Source: Burkholderiales bacterium (GTDB lineage Bacteria > Pseudomonadota > Gammaproteobacteria > Burkholderiales > Burkholderiaceae_C). Taken from it: a stretch of 64,000 nt of DNA. Below, piece by piece: positions 1 through 9,216 of the stretch (within the stretch, counting starts at the first letter, position 1; every line of letters starts with the position of its first letter). The stretch is taken from positions 46,994 to 110,993 of the forward strand of contig JANPCX010000040.1 of NCBI GenBank assembly GCA_031431125.1, written 5' to 3'. The notes beneath the pieces were generated by a model. That model was not told the origin of the DNA, did no database searches, and was given only the letters and a program-made list of their open reading frames with translations. The translations under genes were made by a program, and so were the position numbers.

Positions 1-42
1 AATCGAGGTGCTAGAAGACAAAGCGCCCGCCAGGAGACAGTG

Positions 43-1986
43 ATGCAAACCTTTCCTCGTCTGATGCTGGAGCATGCCGCCCGTCGCCCACAGGCCACTG
101 CTTTGCGGGAAAAGGAATACGGCATTTGGCAGGCGACCAGCTGGGCAACCCTGGCCACCTTGGTGCGTCACCTGGCTTGCGGTTTGGTGGCCAGCGGCCT
201 GCAGCGCGGCATGCATTTGGTGGTCGTCGGCGACAACAGGCCGCGCCTGTATGCAACCATGCTTGCCGCGCAATCGCTGGGTGCGATTGCGGTGCCCTTG
301 TACCAAGACGCGGCGTCCAGTGAGTACGCTTTCCCGCTGCAAAACGCGGAAGTGGCTTTTGCCGTCGTGGAAAACCAGGAGCAAGTGGACAAACTCCTGG
401 AGCTGCGTCCTGTGTGCCCCCAGCTGCAGCACATTTGGTTCGACGACCCTCGCGGCTTGCGCCACTACAGCGAGCCTGGCCTGGCCTCACTCGATGCGCT
501 GATCCAAGCCGGTCAGGCCCACAACACCGCCCACCCCGCCTTCTTCGACCACGAGGTGAACCAGGGTCAGCGGGACGACGTGGCCGCACTCTTTTTCACC
601 TCCGGCACCACCGGCAACCCCAAGGGCGTGGTGCACACCCATGCGTCGTTGATGGACAGCGCGCAAGCCGGAGCACGTTTTGACAAGCTGACCGAACACG
701 AGGAAGTGCTGGCCTATTTGCCACCCGCCTGGATAGGCCAGAACGTGTTCTCTTTCGCACAGTGGTTGGTCTGCGGTTATGTGGTGAACTGCCCCGAATC
801 GAGCAGCACCGTCAGCATTTGCTTGAACGAGATTGGCCCCACCTATTACTTCGCCCCGCCACGCATTTTTGAAGGCCTTCTCACCAGCGTCACCATCCGC
901 ATGGAAGACGCGGCGTGGATCAAACGGTGCGTATTCGACCACTTCATGGGTGTGGCCAGACGCGTCGGCGTGAAACTGATGGACGGGCAAGCGGTGCCTC
1001 TGCTGTCACGGCTGCACTATGGCTTGGGCAATGCCTTGGTCTATGGCCCCTTGCGCAACAACCTGGGCTTGTCTCGTGTGCGGGTGGCCTACACCGCCGG
1101 TGAAGCCATTGGCCCCGATCTCTTCAGCTTTTACCGCTCCATCGGCATCAACCTGAAGCAGCTCTACGGCTCCACAGAAACAGCGGTGTTCGTATGTCTG
1201 CAGCCCGACCATGAAGCACGCTCCGACACCGTGGGCATCCCCATCGACGGTGTCGAAATTCAACTCTCAGACAGCGGTGAGGTGCTGGTCAAGTCGACCG
1301 GCTTGCTCAAGGGTTACTACAAAAACCCGCAAGCCACGAGTGAGGTGTTGAGCAGCGATGGTTGGTACCGCACCGGCGACGCCGGCTTCATCGACCACAG
1401 CGGCCACCTCAAAATCATCGACCGGGCCAAAGACGTGGGCCGCCTCAAAGGCGGTGTTTTTGATGGCGCCATGTTCGCCCCCAAATATGTGGAGAACAAA
1501 CTTAAGTTTTTCCCCACCATCAAAGAAGCGGTTGCCTTTGGCGACCAGCGCGACAAAGTCTGTGCCTTCATCAATATCGACCTGGAAGCGGTGGGCAACT
1601 GGGCCGAGAAACGCAACCTGCCCTACAGCAGCTACACCGACTTGGCGCAAAAGCCCGAGGTCTACGCCCTGATTCAAGACTGCGTGGAAAAAGTCAATGC
1701 CGACCTGGCCCAAGACAGCCTCTTGGCCGGCAGCCAAATCAGCCGCTTCTTGGTGCTGCACAAAGAGCTGGACGCCGATGACGGCGAACTCACCCGCACG
1801 CGCAAAGTCAGGCGTGGTTACATCGCCGAGAAATACCAAGTGCTGGTGGATGCAATTTATGGCGGTCAAACCCACCAGTACATCGAAACCGCAGTGAAGT
1901 TTGAAGACGGCCGCAGCGGCAGCGTGGCGGCCGATCTGAAAATTTTGGACTGCAAAACTTATCCAACCATGAAGAAAGCCGCCTGA
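43..1986 (+). CDS. AMP-dependent acyl-CoA synthetase/ligase (long-chain-fatty-acid-CoA ligase-like)
   Basis: ORF 40..1986. The ATG at 43 lies 5 nt after AGGAGA (32-37). It has the AMP-binding signature FFTSGTTGNPKGV and a TGD motif (WYRTGDAG). It heads the ABC importer cluster. Confidence 0.85.
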   Translation: MQTFPRLMLEHAARRPQATALREKEYGIWQATSWATLATLVRHLACGLVASGLQRGMHLVVVGDNRPRLYATMLAAQSLGAIAVPLYQDAASSEYAFPLQNAEVAFAVVENQEQVDKLLELRPVCPQLQHIWFDDPRGLRHYSEPGLASLDALIQAGQAHNTAHPAFFDHEVNQGQRDDVAALFFTSGTTGNPKGVVHTHASLMDSAQAGARFDKLTEHEEVLAYLPPAWIGQNVFSFAQWLVCGYVVNCPESSSTVSICLNEIGPTYYFAPPRIFEGLLTSVTIRMEDAAWIKRCVFDHFMGVARRVGVKLMDGQAVPLLSRLHYGLGNALVYGPLRNNLGLSRVRVAYTAGEAIGPDLFSFYRSIGINLKQLYGSTETAVFVCLQPDHEARSDTVGIPIDGVEIQLSDSGEVLVKSTGLLKGYYKNPQATSEVLSSDGWYRTGDAGFIDHSGHLKIIDRAKDVGRLKGGVFDGAMFAPKYVENKLKFFPTIKEAVAFGDQRDKVCAFINIDLEAVGNWAEKRNLPYSSYTDLAQKPEVYALIQDCVEKVNADLAQDSLLAGSQISRFLVLHKELDADDGELTRTRKVRRGYIAEKYQVLVDAIYGGQTHQYIETAVKFEDGRSGSVAADLKILDCKTYPTMKKAA

Positions 1987-1991
1987 ACACC

Positions 1992-2783
1992 ATGGGCATA
2001 CAGACCAAAACCATAGGCGACGTGATCCTGCAGGTGCAGAACATCAGCCTGCGTTTCGGCGGCGTCAAGGCGCTCACCGACATCAGCTTTGATGTGCGCG
2101 AACACGAGGTGCGCGCCATCATCGGCCCCAACGGTGCGGGCAAAAGCTCCATGCTCAATTGCATCAATGGGGTGTATGCACCGCAAGAAGGAAAAATCAC
2201 GTTTCGCGGCCAAACCTTCAGCCACATGAATTCACGCCAGGTGGCCAAGATGGGTGTGGCGCGCACCTTTCAAAACCTGGCCCTCTTCAAAGGCATGAAT
2301 GTGGTGGACAACCTGATGACGGGCCGCAACCTGAAGATGAAGAGCAACCTCTTTCTGCAGGCCCTGCGTTGGGGCGCTGCCGAGCGCGAGGAAGTGGCGC
2401 ACCGCGAGTTCGTGGAACACATCATCGACTTCCTGGAAATCCAGGCCCACCGCAAAACCGCCGTAGGCCGCCTTCCCTACGGTTTGCAAAAACGGGTGGA
2501 CTTGGGCCGCGCTTTGGCGATGGAGCCGCAAGTGCTGTTGCTCGACGAACCCATGGCCGGCATGAATGTGGAAGAGAAACAGGACATGTGCCGTTTCATC
2601 TTGGATGTGAACGAAGAATTCGGAACCACCATCGTATTGATCGAACACGACATGGGCGTGGTCATGGACATCTCCGACCGTGTGGTGGTGCTCGACTACG
2701 GCAAAAAAATTGGCGACGGCACGCCCGACGAAGTGCGTGCCAACCAGGATGTCATCAGTGCCTATTTGGGCACCTCACACTGA
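1992..2783 (+). CDS. ABC transporter ATP-binding protein (LivG-like, branched-chain amino acid/HAAT family)
   Basis: 263 aa with Walker A GPNGAGKSS, signature-like YGLQKRVDLGRAL and Walker B LLLDEP. It starts 6 nt after the upstream stop. Confidence 0.9.
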   Translation: MGIQTKTIGDVILQVQNISLRFGGVKALTDISFDVREHEVRAIIGPNGAGKSSMLNCINGVYAPQEGKITFRGQTFSHMNSRQVAKMGVARTFQNLALFKGMNVVDNLMTGRNLKMKSNLFLQALRWGAAEREEVAHREFVEHIIDFLEIQAHRKTAVGRLPYGLQKRVDLGRALAMEPQVLLLDEPMAGMNVEEKQDMCRFILDVNEEFGTTIVLIEHDMGVVMDISDRVVVLDYGKKIGDGTPDEVRANQDVISAYLGTSH

Positions 2784-2795
2784 GGCTGGAACGAC

Positions 2796-3725
2796 ATGGG
2801 TTTCTTTCTTGAAACGGTCATCGGTGGTTTGATGTCAGGCATGCTCTACGGCCTGGTGGCCTTGGGTTTTGTGCTCATCTTCAAAGCCAGTGGCGTCTTC
2901 AACTTTGCCCAAGGGGCCATGGTGCTGTTTGCCGCTTTGGCCATGGCGCGGTTCTCAGAGTGGTTTCCCTTGTTGCTGGGGTTCAACAACAAGTGGCTGG
3001 CCAACCTGCTGGCTTTCGCTGCGGCCATGGTGCTGATGGTGATCGTGGCCTGGTTGATTGAACGCCTGGTGCTGAGCAAACTCGTCAACCAAGAAGGCAT
3101 CACCTTGCTCATGGCCACCTTGGGCATTGCCTACTTCCTGGATGGTTTTGGCCAAACCTTGTTCGGCAGCGCGATTTACAAGATCGACATCGGCCTGCCC
3201 AAAGACCCCATGTTCTTGCTGGACAGTGTTTTCCCCGGTGGCATCTTGGTCAACAAAGAAGACCTCTATGCCGCGGCCATTGCGGCCTCGTTGGTGGTGG
3301 CGCTGTCCATCTTCTTTCAAACCACCGCCACGGGCCGTGCCTTGCGTGCGGTGGCCGACGACCACCAAGCGGCCCAGTCCATCGGCATTCCTTTGCCCCG
3401 CGTCTGGGTCATCGTGTGGAGCGTCGCCGGCTTCTCGGCCTTGGTCGCGGGAATGATTTGGGGCAGCAAACTCGGTGTGCAGTTCTCACTCAGCGTGCTG
3501 GCGCTCAAAGCCTTGCCGGTGGTGATCCTGGGCGGACTGACCTCGGTACCCGGTGCCATTGTGGGCGGCCTGATTTTGGGGGTGGGAGAAAAAGTCTCCG
3601 AGGTTTACATCGGCCCGATGCTCGGCGGGGGCATTGAAATTTGGTTTGGGTATGTGCTGGTTCTCTTTGTGCTGCTGGTGCGGCCGCAGGGCCTCTTTGG
3701 GGAAAAAATCATCGACCGCGTATGA
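2796..3725 (+). CDS. ABC transporter permease (LivH-like)
   Basis: 309 aa, polytopic and hydrophobic, with typical HAAT permease sequence (FNFAQGAMVLFAA..., LPVVILGGLTSVPGAIVGG). Confidence 0.9.
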   Translation: MGFFLETVIGGLMSGMLYGLVALGFVLIFKASGVFNFAQGAMVLFAALAMARFSEWFPLLLGFNNKWLANLLAFAAAMVLMVIVAWLIERLVLSKLVNQEGITLLMATLGIAYFLDGFGQTLFGSAIYKIDIGLPKDPMFLLDSVFPGGILVNKEDLYAAAIAASLVVALSIFFQTTATGRALRAVADDHQAAQSIGIPLPRVWVIVWSVAGFSALVAGMIWGSKLGVQFSLSVLALKALPVVILGGLTSVPGAIVGGLILGVGEKVSEVYIGPMLGGGIEIWFGYVLVLFVLLVRPQGLFGEKIIDRV

Positions 3726-3836
3726 AAAAAATACATGATTTTTCGGCGCAGGCTCACTTGGCCTTGGCCAAGTTAAGCGCAGCGGCCGAAGTCAGAAGAT
3801 CATTGACCGCGTTTAGCCCAAATCAACCGAGACGCC

Positions 3837-3934
3837 GTCATTCGCGCGAAAGCGGGAATCCAGGCAGTGCACCGGGCCGCATCCATCAATTCATTGGCGA
3901 CCACCCACTGGATTCCCGCCTTCGCGGGAATGAC
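3837..3934. repeat. Inverted pair of REP-like palindromes (ATTCCC-N8-GGGAAT type) flanking a 44-nt spacer
   Basis: 3837-3863 GTCATTCGCGCGAAAGCGGGAATCCAG and 3908-3934 CTGGATTCCCGCCTTCGCGGGAATGAC are reverse complements, with 2 mismatches in 27 nt. Each is itself a hairpin. The pair lies in an unusually long 265-bp gap between the two permease genes. Confidence 0.75.
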
Positions 3935-3990
3935 AGGTGGGTGGGCCAATCCATGAAACACCCAGCCGACGCATCGTAAAAAAGACGCCC

Positions 3991-5067
3991 ATGTTTTACA
4001 GAGAAAACGGCCAATTCAAAACCAGCTACCGGGCGGACGCTCAGGTCTTCCCCATCACGCAAGACCGCATCGCCATTGGTTTGTTGCTCGCCTTTGCCTT
4101 GGTGGGCGTGCCACTGCTCGCTGACGAGTACGTGTTCCGCGCCTTGTTGATTCCCTTTTTGATTCTGTCCCTGGCCGCCTTGGGTTTGAACATCCTCGTC
4201 GGTTACTGCGGCCAGGTCTCGTTGGGCACCGGGGCCTTCATGGCGGTGGGCGCCTATGCGGCCTACAACTTTTCGGTGCGCATTGACGGCATGCCCTTGT
4301 TGTTGGCGCTGCTGCTCGGTGGTGTTTGTGCCACCGTGGTGGGGGTGCTTTTTGGTATCCCATCGCTGCGCATCAAGGGGCTCTATTTGGCGGTGGCCAC
4401 GCTCGCAGCGCAGTTCTTTTGCGACTGGGCTTTTCTGCGCATTTCCTGGTTCACCAACAACTCGTCGTCGGGCTCGGTGTCCATCTCCAACATGAATGTG
4501 TTTGGAATTTCCATCAACACCCCGCTGGAGAAGTACCTGCTGTGCTTGGGCTTTTTGATCGTGTTTGGCATGGCCGCCAAAAACCTGGTGCGTGGTCACA
4601 TTGGGCGCGAGTGGATGGCGATACGCGACATGGACGTCGCTGCTGCCGTCATCGGCATACGGCCCGTCTACGCCAAGCTCAGCGCGTTTGCGGTGAGCAG
4701 CTTCATCGTCGGTGTGGCCGGCGCACTCTGGGGGTTTGTGCACCTGGGTTCGTGGGAGCCTGCGGCCTTCTCCATCGACCGCAGTTTTCAGCTGCTCTTC
4801 ATGGTCATCATTGGCGGCTTGGGCTCCATCATGGGCAGCTTTTTTGGCGCAGCCTTCATTGTGCTGCTGCCCATATTTCTGAGCCAAGCCCTGCCAGCAG
4901 TGGGCAACCTGCTCGGCGTCACCATCACCACAGCCGGTGTGGCCCATGCTGAGCTGATGATTTTTGGTGCCCTGATTGTTTTCTTTCTCATCGTCGAACC
5001 CCATGGTTTGGCCCGTTTGTGGTCCATAGGCAAAGAAAAAATGCGCCTCTGGCCTTTCCCGCATTGA
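3991..5067 (+). CDS. ABC transporter permease (LivM-like)
   Basis: ORF 3937..5067. An internal ATG at 3991 (MFYRENGQFKTSYRAD...) is the likely start, because the upstream codons lie in the REP element. The hydrophobic polytopic sequence is typical of LivM. Confidence 0.88.
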   Translation: MFYRENGQFKTSYRADAQVFPITQDRIAIGLLLAFALVGVPLLADEYVFRALLIPFLILSLAALGLNILVGYCGQVSLGTGAFMAVGAYAAYNFSVRIDGMPLLLALLLGGVCATVVGVLFGIPSLRIKGLYLAVATLAAQFFCDWAFLRISWFTNNSSSGSVSISNMNVFGISINTPLEKYLLCLGFLIVFGMAAKNLVRGHIGREWMAIRDMDVAAAVIGIRPVYAKLSAFAVSSFIVGVAGALWGFVHLGSWEPAAFSIDRSFQLLFMVIIGGLGSIMGSFFGAAFIVLLPIFLSQALPAVGNLLGVTITTAGVAHAELMIFGALIVFFLIVEPHGLARLWSIGKEKMRLWPFPH

Positions 5068-5166
5068 TCCGTTTTTTTCAAGACCACTCGAGTCGGAACG
5101 CACTGACCGGCGAGAGACAAAAAACAAAAGAAGTGCAAACACCGATCCATCCACCGGAGACACGCC

Positions 5167-6504
5167 ATGAAGTTCACATCCATCACCCGCGCCGCCCTGC
5201 TCGCCGCAGCAAGTAGCGCCGCACTGCTCACCTCACCTGCCCTGTGGGCCCAAGAGAAGGTGCAGTTTTTCCCCAGCCTGACGGGCCGCACCGGACCTGT
5301 CGCACCGAACGCCACCCCGTTCGCCAACGGTTATGCCGACTACATGAAGCTCGTGAACCTGCGCGGCGGCATCAACGGTGTGAAGACGCTGGTGGAAGAG
5401 TGCGAAACCGCCTACGCCACCGACCGCGGTGTGGAGTGTTACGAAAGGCTCAAAGGCAAACACGGCGGTGCCACGGTGTTTCAGCCGCTGTCCACCGGCA
5501 TCACTTTTGCGCTGACTGAAAAAGTTCCCACCGACAAAATTCCAATGATCACCTCGGGCTATGGCCGCAGCGATTCCGCCGACGGTGGTGTGTTCAAGTG
5601 GAACTTCCCCTTGATTGGTCACTACTGGGTGGCGGGCGACACCGTTTTGCAGCACATTGCCAAAAAAGAAGGCGGCTGGGACAAACTCAAGGGCAAAAAA
5701 ATAGCCGTCGTTTACCACGACAGTCCGTTCGGCAAAGAGCTGCTGCCCATCATGAACGAGCGCGCCCAAACCCACGGCTTTGAGCTGCAACTGCTGCCCG
5801 TGCCCGCACCTGGTGTGGAACAAAAATCCATCTGGTTGCAAGTGCGCCAACAGCGCCCTGACTTCGTGGTCATGCAAACCTGGGGCGTGATGACGGCCAC
5901 CGCCATCAAAGAAGCCGTGGCCACGGGTTACCCCCGCGAGAAAATGTATGGCACGTGGTGGTCAGGTGCAGAGCCCGACCTCAAAGACATCGGTGCCGCA
6001 GCCAAGGGCTATAGCGCCGTGATGATGCAACACGGCTCAGAGTTCGATGCAACCGTGGTGAAAGACATCTTGGCCAAAGTGCATGGTGCCAACCAAGGCA
6101 CAGGCCCGAAAGAGGAAGTAGGAACCGTGCTTTACATGCGCGGCGTGGTGGGCGCGATGCTGGCGGTGGAAGGCGTGCGTGCCGCGCAAGAACGTTTCGG
6201 CAAAGGCAAGGTCATCACCGGAGAACAAGCACGCTGGGGTTATGAAAACCTCAACCTCACGCAGGCCAAACTGGATGCCTTGGGCTTCAAAGGCGTGATG
6301 CGCCCGGTGTCCACCAGCTGCTCCGACCACATGGGCTCGGCCTGGGCCCGTGTGCACACTTGGGACGGCGCGAAGTTCACATGGAGCTCAGACTGGTTGC
6401 AGGCTGACGACCAAATCATCCGGCCCATGGTGAAGGCGTCGGCGGAGAAGTACGCAGCAGAGAAAAAACTTACCCGCCGCACACCGGCGGATTGCCAGTC
6501 TTGA
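5167..6504 (+). CDS. ABC transporter periplasmic substrate-binding protein (type I, Leu/Ile/Val-binding superfamily)
   Basis: 445 aa with an N-terminal signal peptide (AALLTSPALWAQE) and GGAGA upstream of the ATG. It sits inside the liv-like operon. Confidence 0.85.
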   Translation: MKFTSITRAALLAAASSAALLTSPALWAQEKVQFFPSLTGRTGPVAPNATPFANGYADYMKLVNLRGGINGVKTLVEECETAYATDRGVECYERLKGKHGGATVFQPLSTGITFALTEKVPTDKIPMITSGYGRSDSADGGVFKWNFPLIGHYWVAGDTVLQHIAKKEGGWDKLKGKKIAVVYHDSPFGKELLPIMNERAQTHGFELQLLPVPAPGVEQKSIWLQVRQQRPDFVVMQTWGVMTATAIKEAVATGYPREKMYGTWWSGAEPDLKDIGAAAKGYSAVMMQHGSEFDATVVKDILAKVHGANQGTGPKEEVGTVLYMRGVVGAMLAVEGVRAAQERFGKGKVITGEQARWGYENLNLTQAKLDALGFKGVMRPVSTSCSDHMGSAWARVHTWDGAKFTWSSDWLQADDQIIRPMVKASAEKYAAEKKLTRRTPADCQS

Positions 6505-6549
6505 GCCACTGCACAGCGCAGAGCAGGCGGTGGTGATGCCCACCCAAGC

Positions 6550-6579
6550 CCGTCATTCCCGCGCAAGTGGGAATGACGG
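6550..6579. repeat. REP-like perfect hairpin (third copy of the ATTCCC-N8-GGGAAT family)
   Basis: CCGTCATTCCC-GCGCAAGT-GGGAATGACGG has 11-nt perfect arms and an 8-nt loop. It lies in the 102-bp gap between the binding-protein gene and the second ATPase gene. Confidence 0.75.
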
Positions 6580-6606
6580 CTCCGAATTCAATTTGGTGAA
6601 CCTGGT

Positions 6607-7422
6607 ATGAGCGCCAACATCCTCCTCAACGTCAACGGCATCGAAGTCATCTACAACCATGTCATCTTGGTGCTCAAGGGCGTCTCGCTGCAGGTGCCCG
6701 AAGGTGGTGTGGTGGCACTCTTGGGTGGCAATGGGGCGGGCAAAACCACCACCCTGCGGGCGGTGAGCAACCTGCTGGCCGGTGAACGCGGCGAAGTCAC
6801 CAAGGGGTCGATCGAGCTGCGCGGCGAGCGCATAGAGAAACTCTCGACCGCCGACATGGTGCAACGCGGCGTGATTCAGGTCATGGAAGGTCGCCACTGC
6901 TTTGCCCACCTCACCTTAGAAGAAAACCTGATGACAGGCGCCTACACCCGGCGCGATGGCAAAGCCGCGGTGGCACAAACGCTGGAAAAGGTTTACAACT
7001 ATTTCCCCCGCCTCAAAACCCGCCGCACATCGCAAGCCGCCTACACCTCGGGTGGTGAACAACAAATGTGTGCCATAGGCCGCGCCCTCATGGCCAACCC
7101 CCGCATGGTGTTGCTGGACGAACCCAGCATGGGACTTGCACCGCAAATAGTTGAGGAAGTTTTTGAAATCGTGAAAGACCTGAACCAACGCGAGAAGGTC
7201 ACCTTCTTGCTCGCCGAGCAAAACACCCACATGGCGCTGCGTTATGCCGACTACGGCTACATCTTGGAAAACGGCCGCATCGTGATGGACGGCGCCGCCA
7301 GCAGCCTGCGCGAGAACGAAGACGTGAAGGAGTTCTACCTGGGCATGGGCAAAAGTAGCAGCGACAAAAAAAGTTTCAAGGACGTCAAAAGCTATAAGCG
7401 CCGCAAGCGCTGGTTGGCGTGA
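6607..7422 (+). CDS. ABC transporter ATP-binding protein (LivF-like)
   Basis: 271 aa with Walker A GGNGAGKTT, signature SGGEQQM and Walker B VLLDEPS. It has a Lys-rich C-terminal tail. Confidence 0.9.
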   Translation: MSANILLNVNGIEVIYNHVILVLKGVSLQVPEGGVVALLGGNGAGKTTTLRAVSNLLAGERGEVTKGSIELRGERIEKLSTADMVQRGVIQVMEGRHCFAHLTLEENLMTGAYTRRDGKAAVAQTLEKVYNYFPRLKTRRTSQAAYTSGGEQQMCAIGRALMANPRMVLLDEPSMGLAPQIVEEVFEIVKDLNQREKVTFLLAEQNTHMALRYADYGYILENGRIVMDGAASSLRENEDVKEFYLGMGKSSSDKKSFKDVKSYKRRKRWLA

Positions 7423-7727
7423 CGGAGTGGTTCATGGTCGACGACTTTTTCGCCCCACCCTCCTTCAAACCCATGGACGCCCTGCAGCAACTCAAGCGGC
7501 ATGTGCGCGATTTGCGTTTGCTCACCGAAAGGGGCTCGGGGTTTGAACTTCAAGGTGTCGCCGTGCTGGACCTTCAAGTGCAAGCCAATGTGATCACCGC
7601 ACGCATTGCCAGACGGCGCTCGCAGCGCTGCGAGTGGGATGTTCAAACCCTCCAAAGCAGTGCCGACGTTCGCAAACTGCAAGACGAAATCAAACGACGC
7701 TTGTTGCGTTGGGTGGACGAAGACTAA
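7419..7727 (+). CDS. Hypothetical protein (about 100 aa) embedded in the ABC/CoA-ligase cluster
   Basis: The GTG at 7419 overlaps the upstream TGA (GTGA). An alternative ATG at 7434 follows GGAG. The amino-acid composition is balanced, but I recognise no family. Confidence 0.5.
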   Translation: MTEWFMVDDFFAPPSFKPMDALQQLKRHVRDLRLLTERGSGFELQGVAVLDLQVQANVITARIARRRSQRCEWDVQTLQSSADVRKLQDEIKRRLLRWVDED

Positions 7728-7743
7728 CCCGGTCGGACAACAC

Positions 7744-9036
7744 ATGAACCACCTCAGCCCAAACACTCACTACGACCTGCTGGAGACCCGCTTGCCCAAC
7801 GAGCGTGAGGCGGCCTTGATGCAACGTCTTGCCAAACAAGTCCAGCACGCCAAACAGCACACACCCGCCTACCAACAGCGCTTGCATGGTCTGCGCACAG
7901 ACAACATCAACACCCGTGCCGCGCTGGCCACCTTGCCGGTAGTGCGCAAACACGAACTGATGGAGAGCCAGCACGCGACGGCTGAACATGACGTGTTCGG
8001 TGGTTTTGCGGCGGTTGGCTGGGGACGCACCTCGCCACAAACTCAGCGCCCCTTGCGGGTGTTTGCCTCACCCGGCCCCATCCACGAACCCGAAGGCCGC
8101 GCCCCCAACTACTGGCGTTTGGCGCGAGCCCTGTTTGCGGCGGGCTTTCGGGCGGGCGACTTGGTGCACAACAGCTTCAGCTACCACTTCACCCCTGCGG
8201 GCTCCTTCATGGAAACCGGTGCCCATGCGCTGGGTTGCACCGTTTTCCCAGCCGGCACGGGACAAACCGAAATGCAGGTGCAGGCCATGCGTGTACTGCG
8301 CCCATCGGCTTATGCGGGCACGCCCAGTTTCCTGAAAATAATTCTGGACAAAGCAGACGAGGTGGGTGTGGCCTTGCCCAGCCTTCAACGCGCCGTCGTC
8401 GGTGGTGAGGCCTTTCCCAACAGCCTGCGCGACAGCCTGCTCGCGCGCGGCATACAGGCCTTTCAGTGTTATGCCACGGCCGATATCGGACTGATCGCCT
8501 ATGAAACCGCGGCCCGAGAGGGTTTGGTCTTGGATGAAGAGGTCATTTTGGAGATCGTCCGCCCTGGCACCGGCGAAACACTGCCCGACGGCGAGGTCGG
8601 CGAAGTGGTGGTCACCACGCTCAACCCCGACTACCCCTTGATTCGTTTTGGCACGGGCGACCTGTCGGCGGTCCTTCCCGGCCCCTGCCCCACGGGTCGC
8701 AGCAATACCCGCATTCGAGGCTGGCTTGGTCGTGCCGATCAAACGGCGAAAGTGCGGGGCATGTTCGTGCACCCGTCCCAGGTCGCCACCATCGCCAGCC
8801 GCCACTCCGAGGTGAGACGCGTGCGTTTGGTGGTGGACAGCGAGATGGCGCAAGACCGCATGACCCTCTGGGTCGAAACCGCAGCGTTGCCCCAGGAAAC
8901 CAAAACCCAACTGAACGAGCAACTGATCAGCAGCATTCGCGACATCACCAAGCTCAGAGGGGAAGTTCAGTTTGCGGACTTGGGCAGTTTGCCCAACGAT
9001 GGCAAGGTGGTGGACGATCAGCGTCCGGTGGGCTGA
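7744..9036 (+). CDS. Phenylacetate-CoA ligase family protein (PaaK-like adenylate-forming enzyme)
   Basis: ORF 7606..9036. An internal ATG at 7744 (MNHLSPNTHYDLLETRLPNEREAALMQRL...) clears the upstream gene. The sequence is PaaK-like (AGTGQTE, YATADIGLIAYE, RFGTGDLS, KVRGMFVHP). Confidence 0.85.
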   Translation: MNHLSPNTHYDLLETRLPNEREAALMQRLAKQVQHAKQHTPAYQQRLHGLRTDNINTRAALATLPVVRKHELMESQHATAEHDVFGGFAAVGWGRTSPQTQRPLRVFASPGPIHEPEGRAPNYWRLARALFAAGFRAGDLVHNSFSYHFTPAGSFMETGAHALGCTVFPAGTGQTEMQVQAMRVLRPSAYAGTPSFLKIILDKADEVGVALPSLQRAVVGGEAFPNSLRDSLLARGIQAFQCYATADIGLIAYETAAREGLVLDEEVILEIVRPGTGETLPDGEVGEVVVTTLNPDYPLIRFGTGDLSAVLPGPCPTGRSNTRIRGWLGRADQTAKVRGMFVHPSQVATIASRHSEVRRVRLVVDSEMAQDRMTLWVETAALPQETKTQLNEQLISSIRDITKLRGEVQFADLGSLPNDGKVVDDQRPVG

Positions 9037-9216
9037 AAAACAGTCCGCCTGCTCGCCCTCCCAAAAAGCCAGGAATAACTAAGTAGTTTCCGTTACGCAC
9101 GGATGCGGCTACGGCTACACAATTGGTCAACATCGGCTTTCTGAGTTCGCATGGTGCAATCTCAGCCGGTGTCAAACATACTCAATCAGCGCCAGCAATT
9201 GACAAGGAGATCCGCC

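Noticed and set aside
11-589. 192-codon minus-strand ORF at the window edge
   Set aside because: The product is extremely Arg/Pro/Gly-rich and lies antisense to the acyl-CoA synthetase gene.
3886-5163. 425-codon ORF antisense to the LivM-like permease gene
   Set aside because: The product is Gly/His/Gln/Arg-rich with no recognisable domain, while the opposite strand encodes a clear HAAT permease. It is a typical shadow ORF of high-GC DNA.
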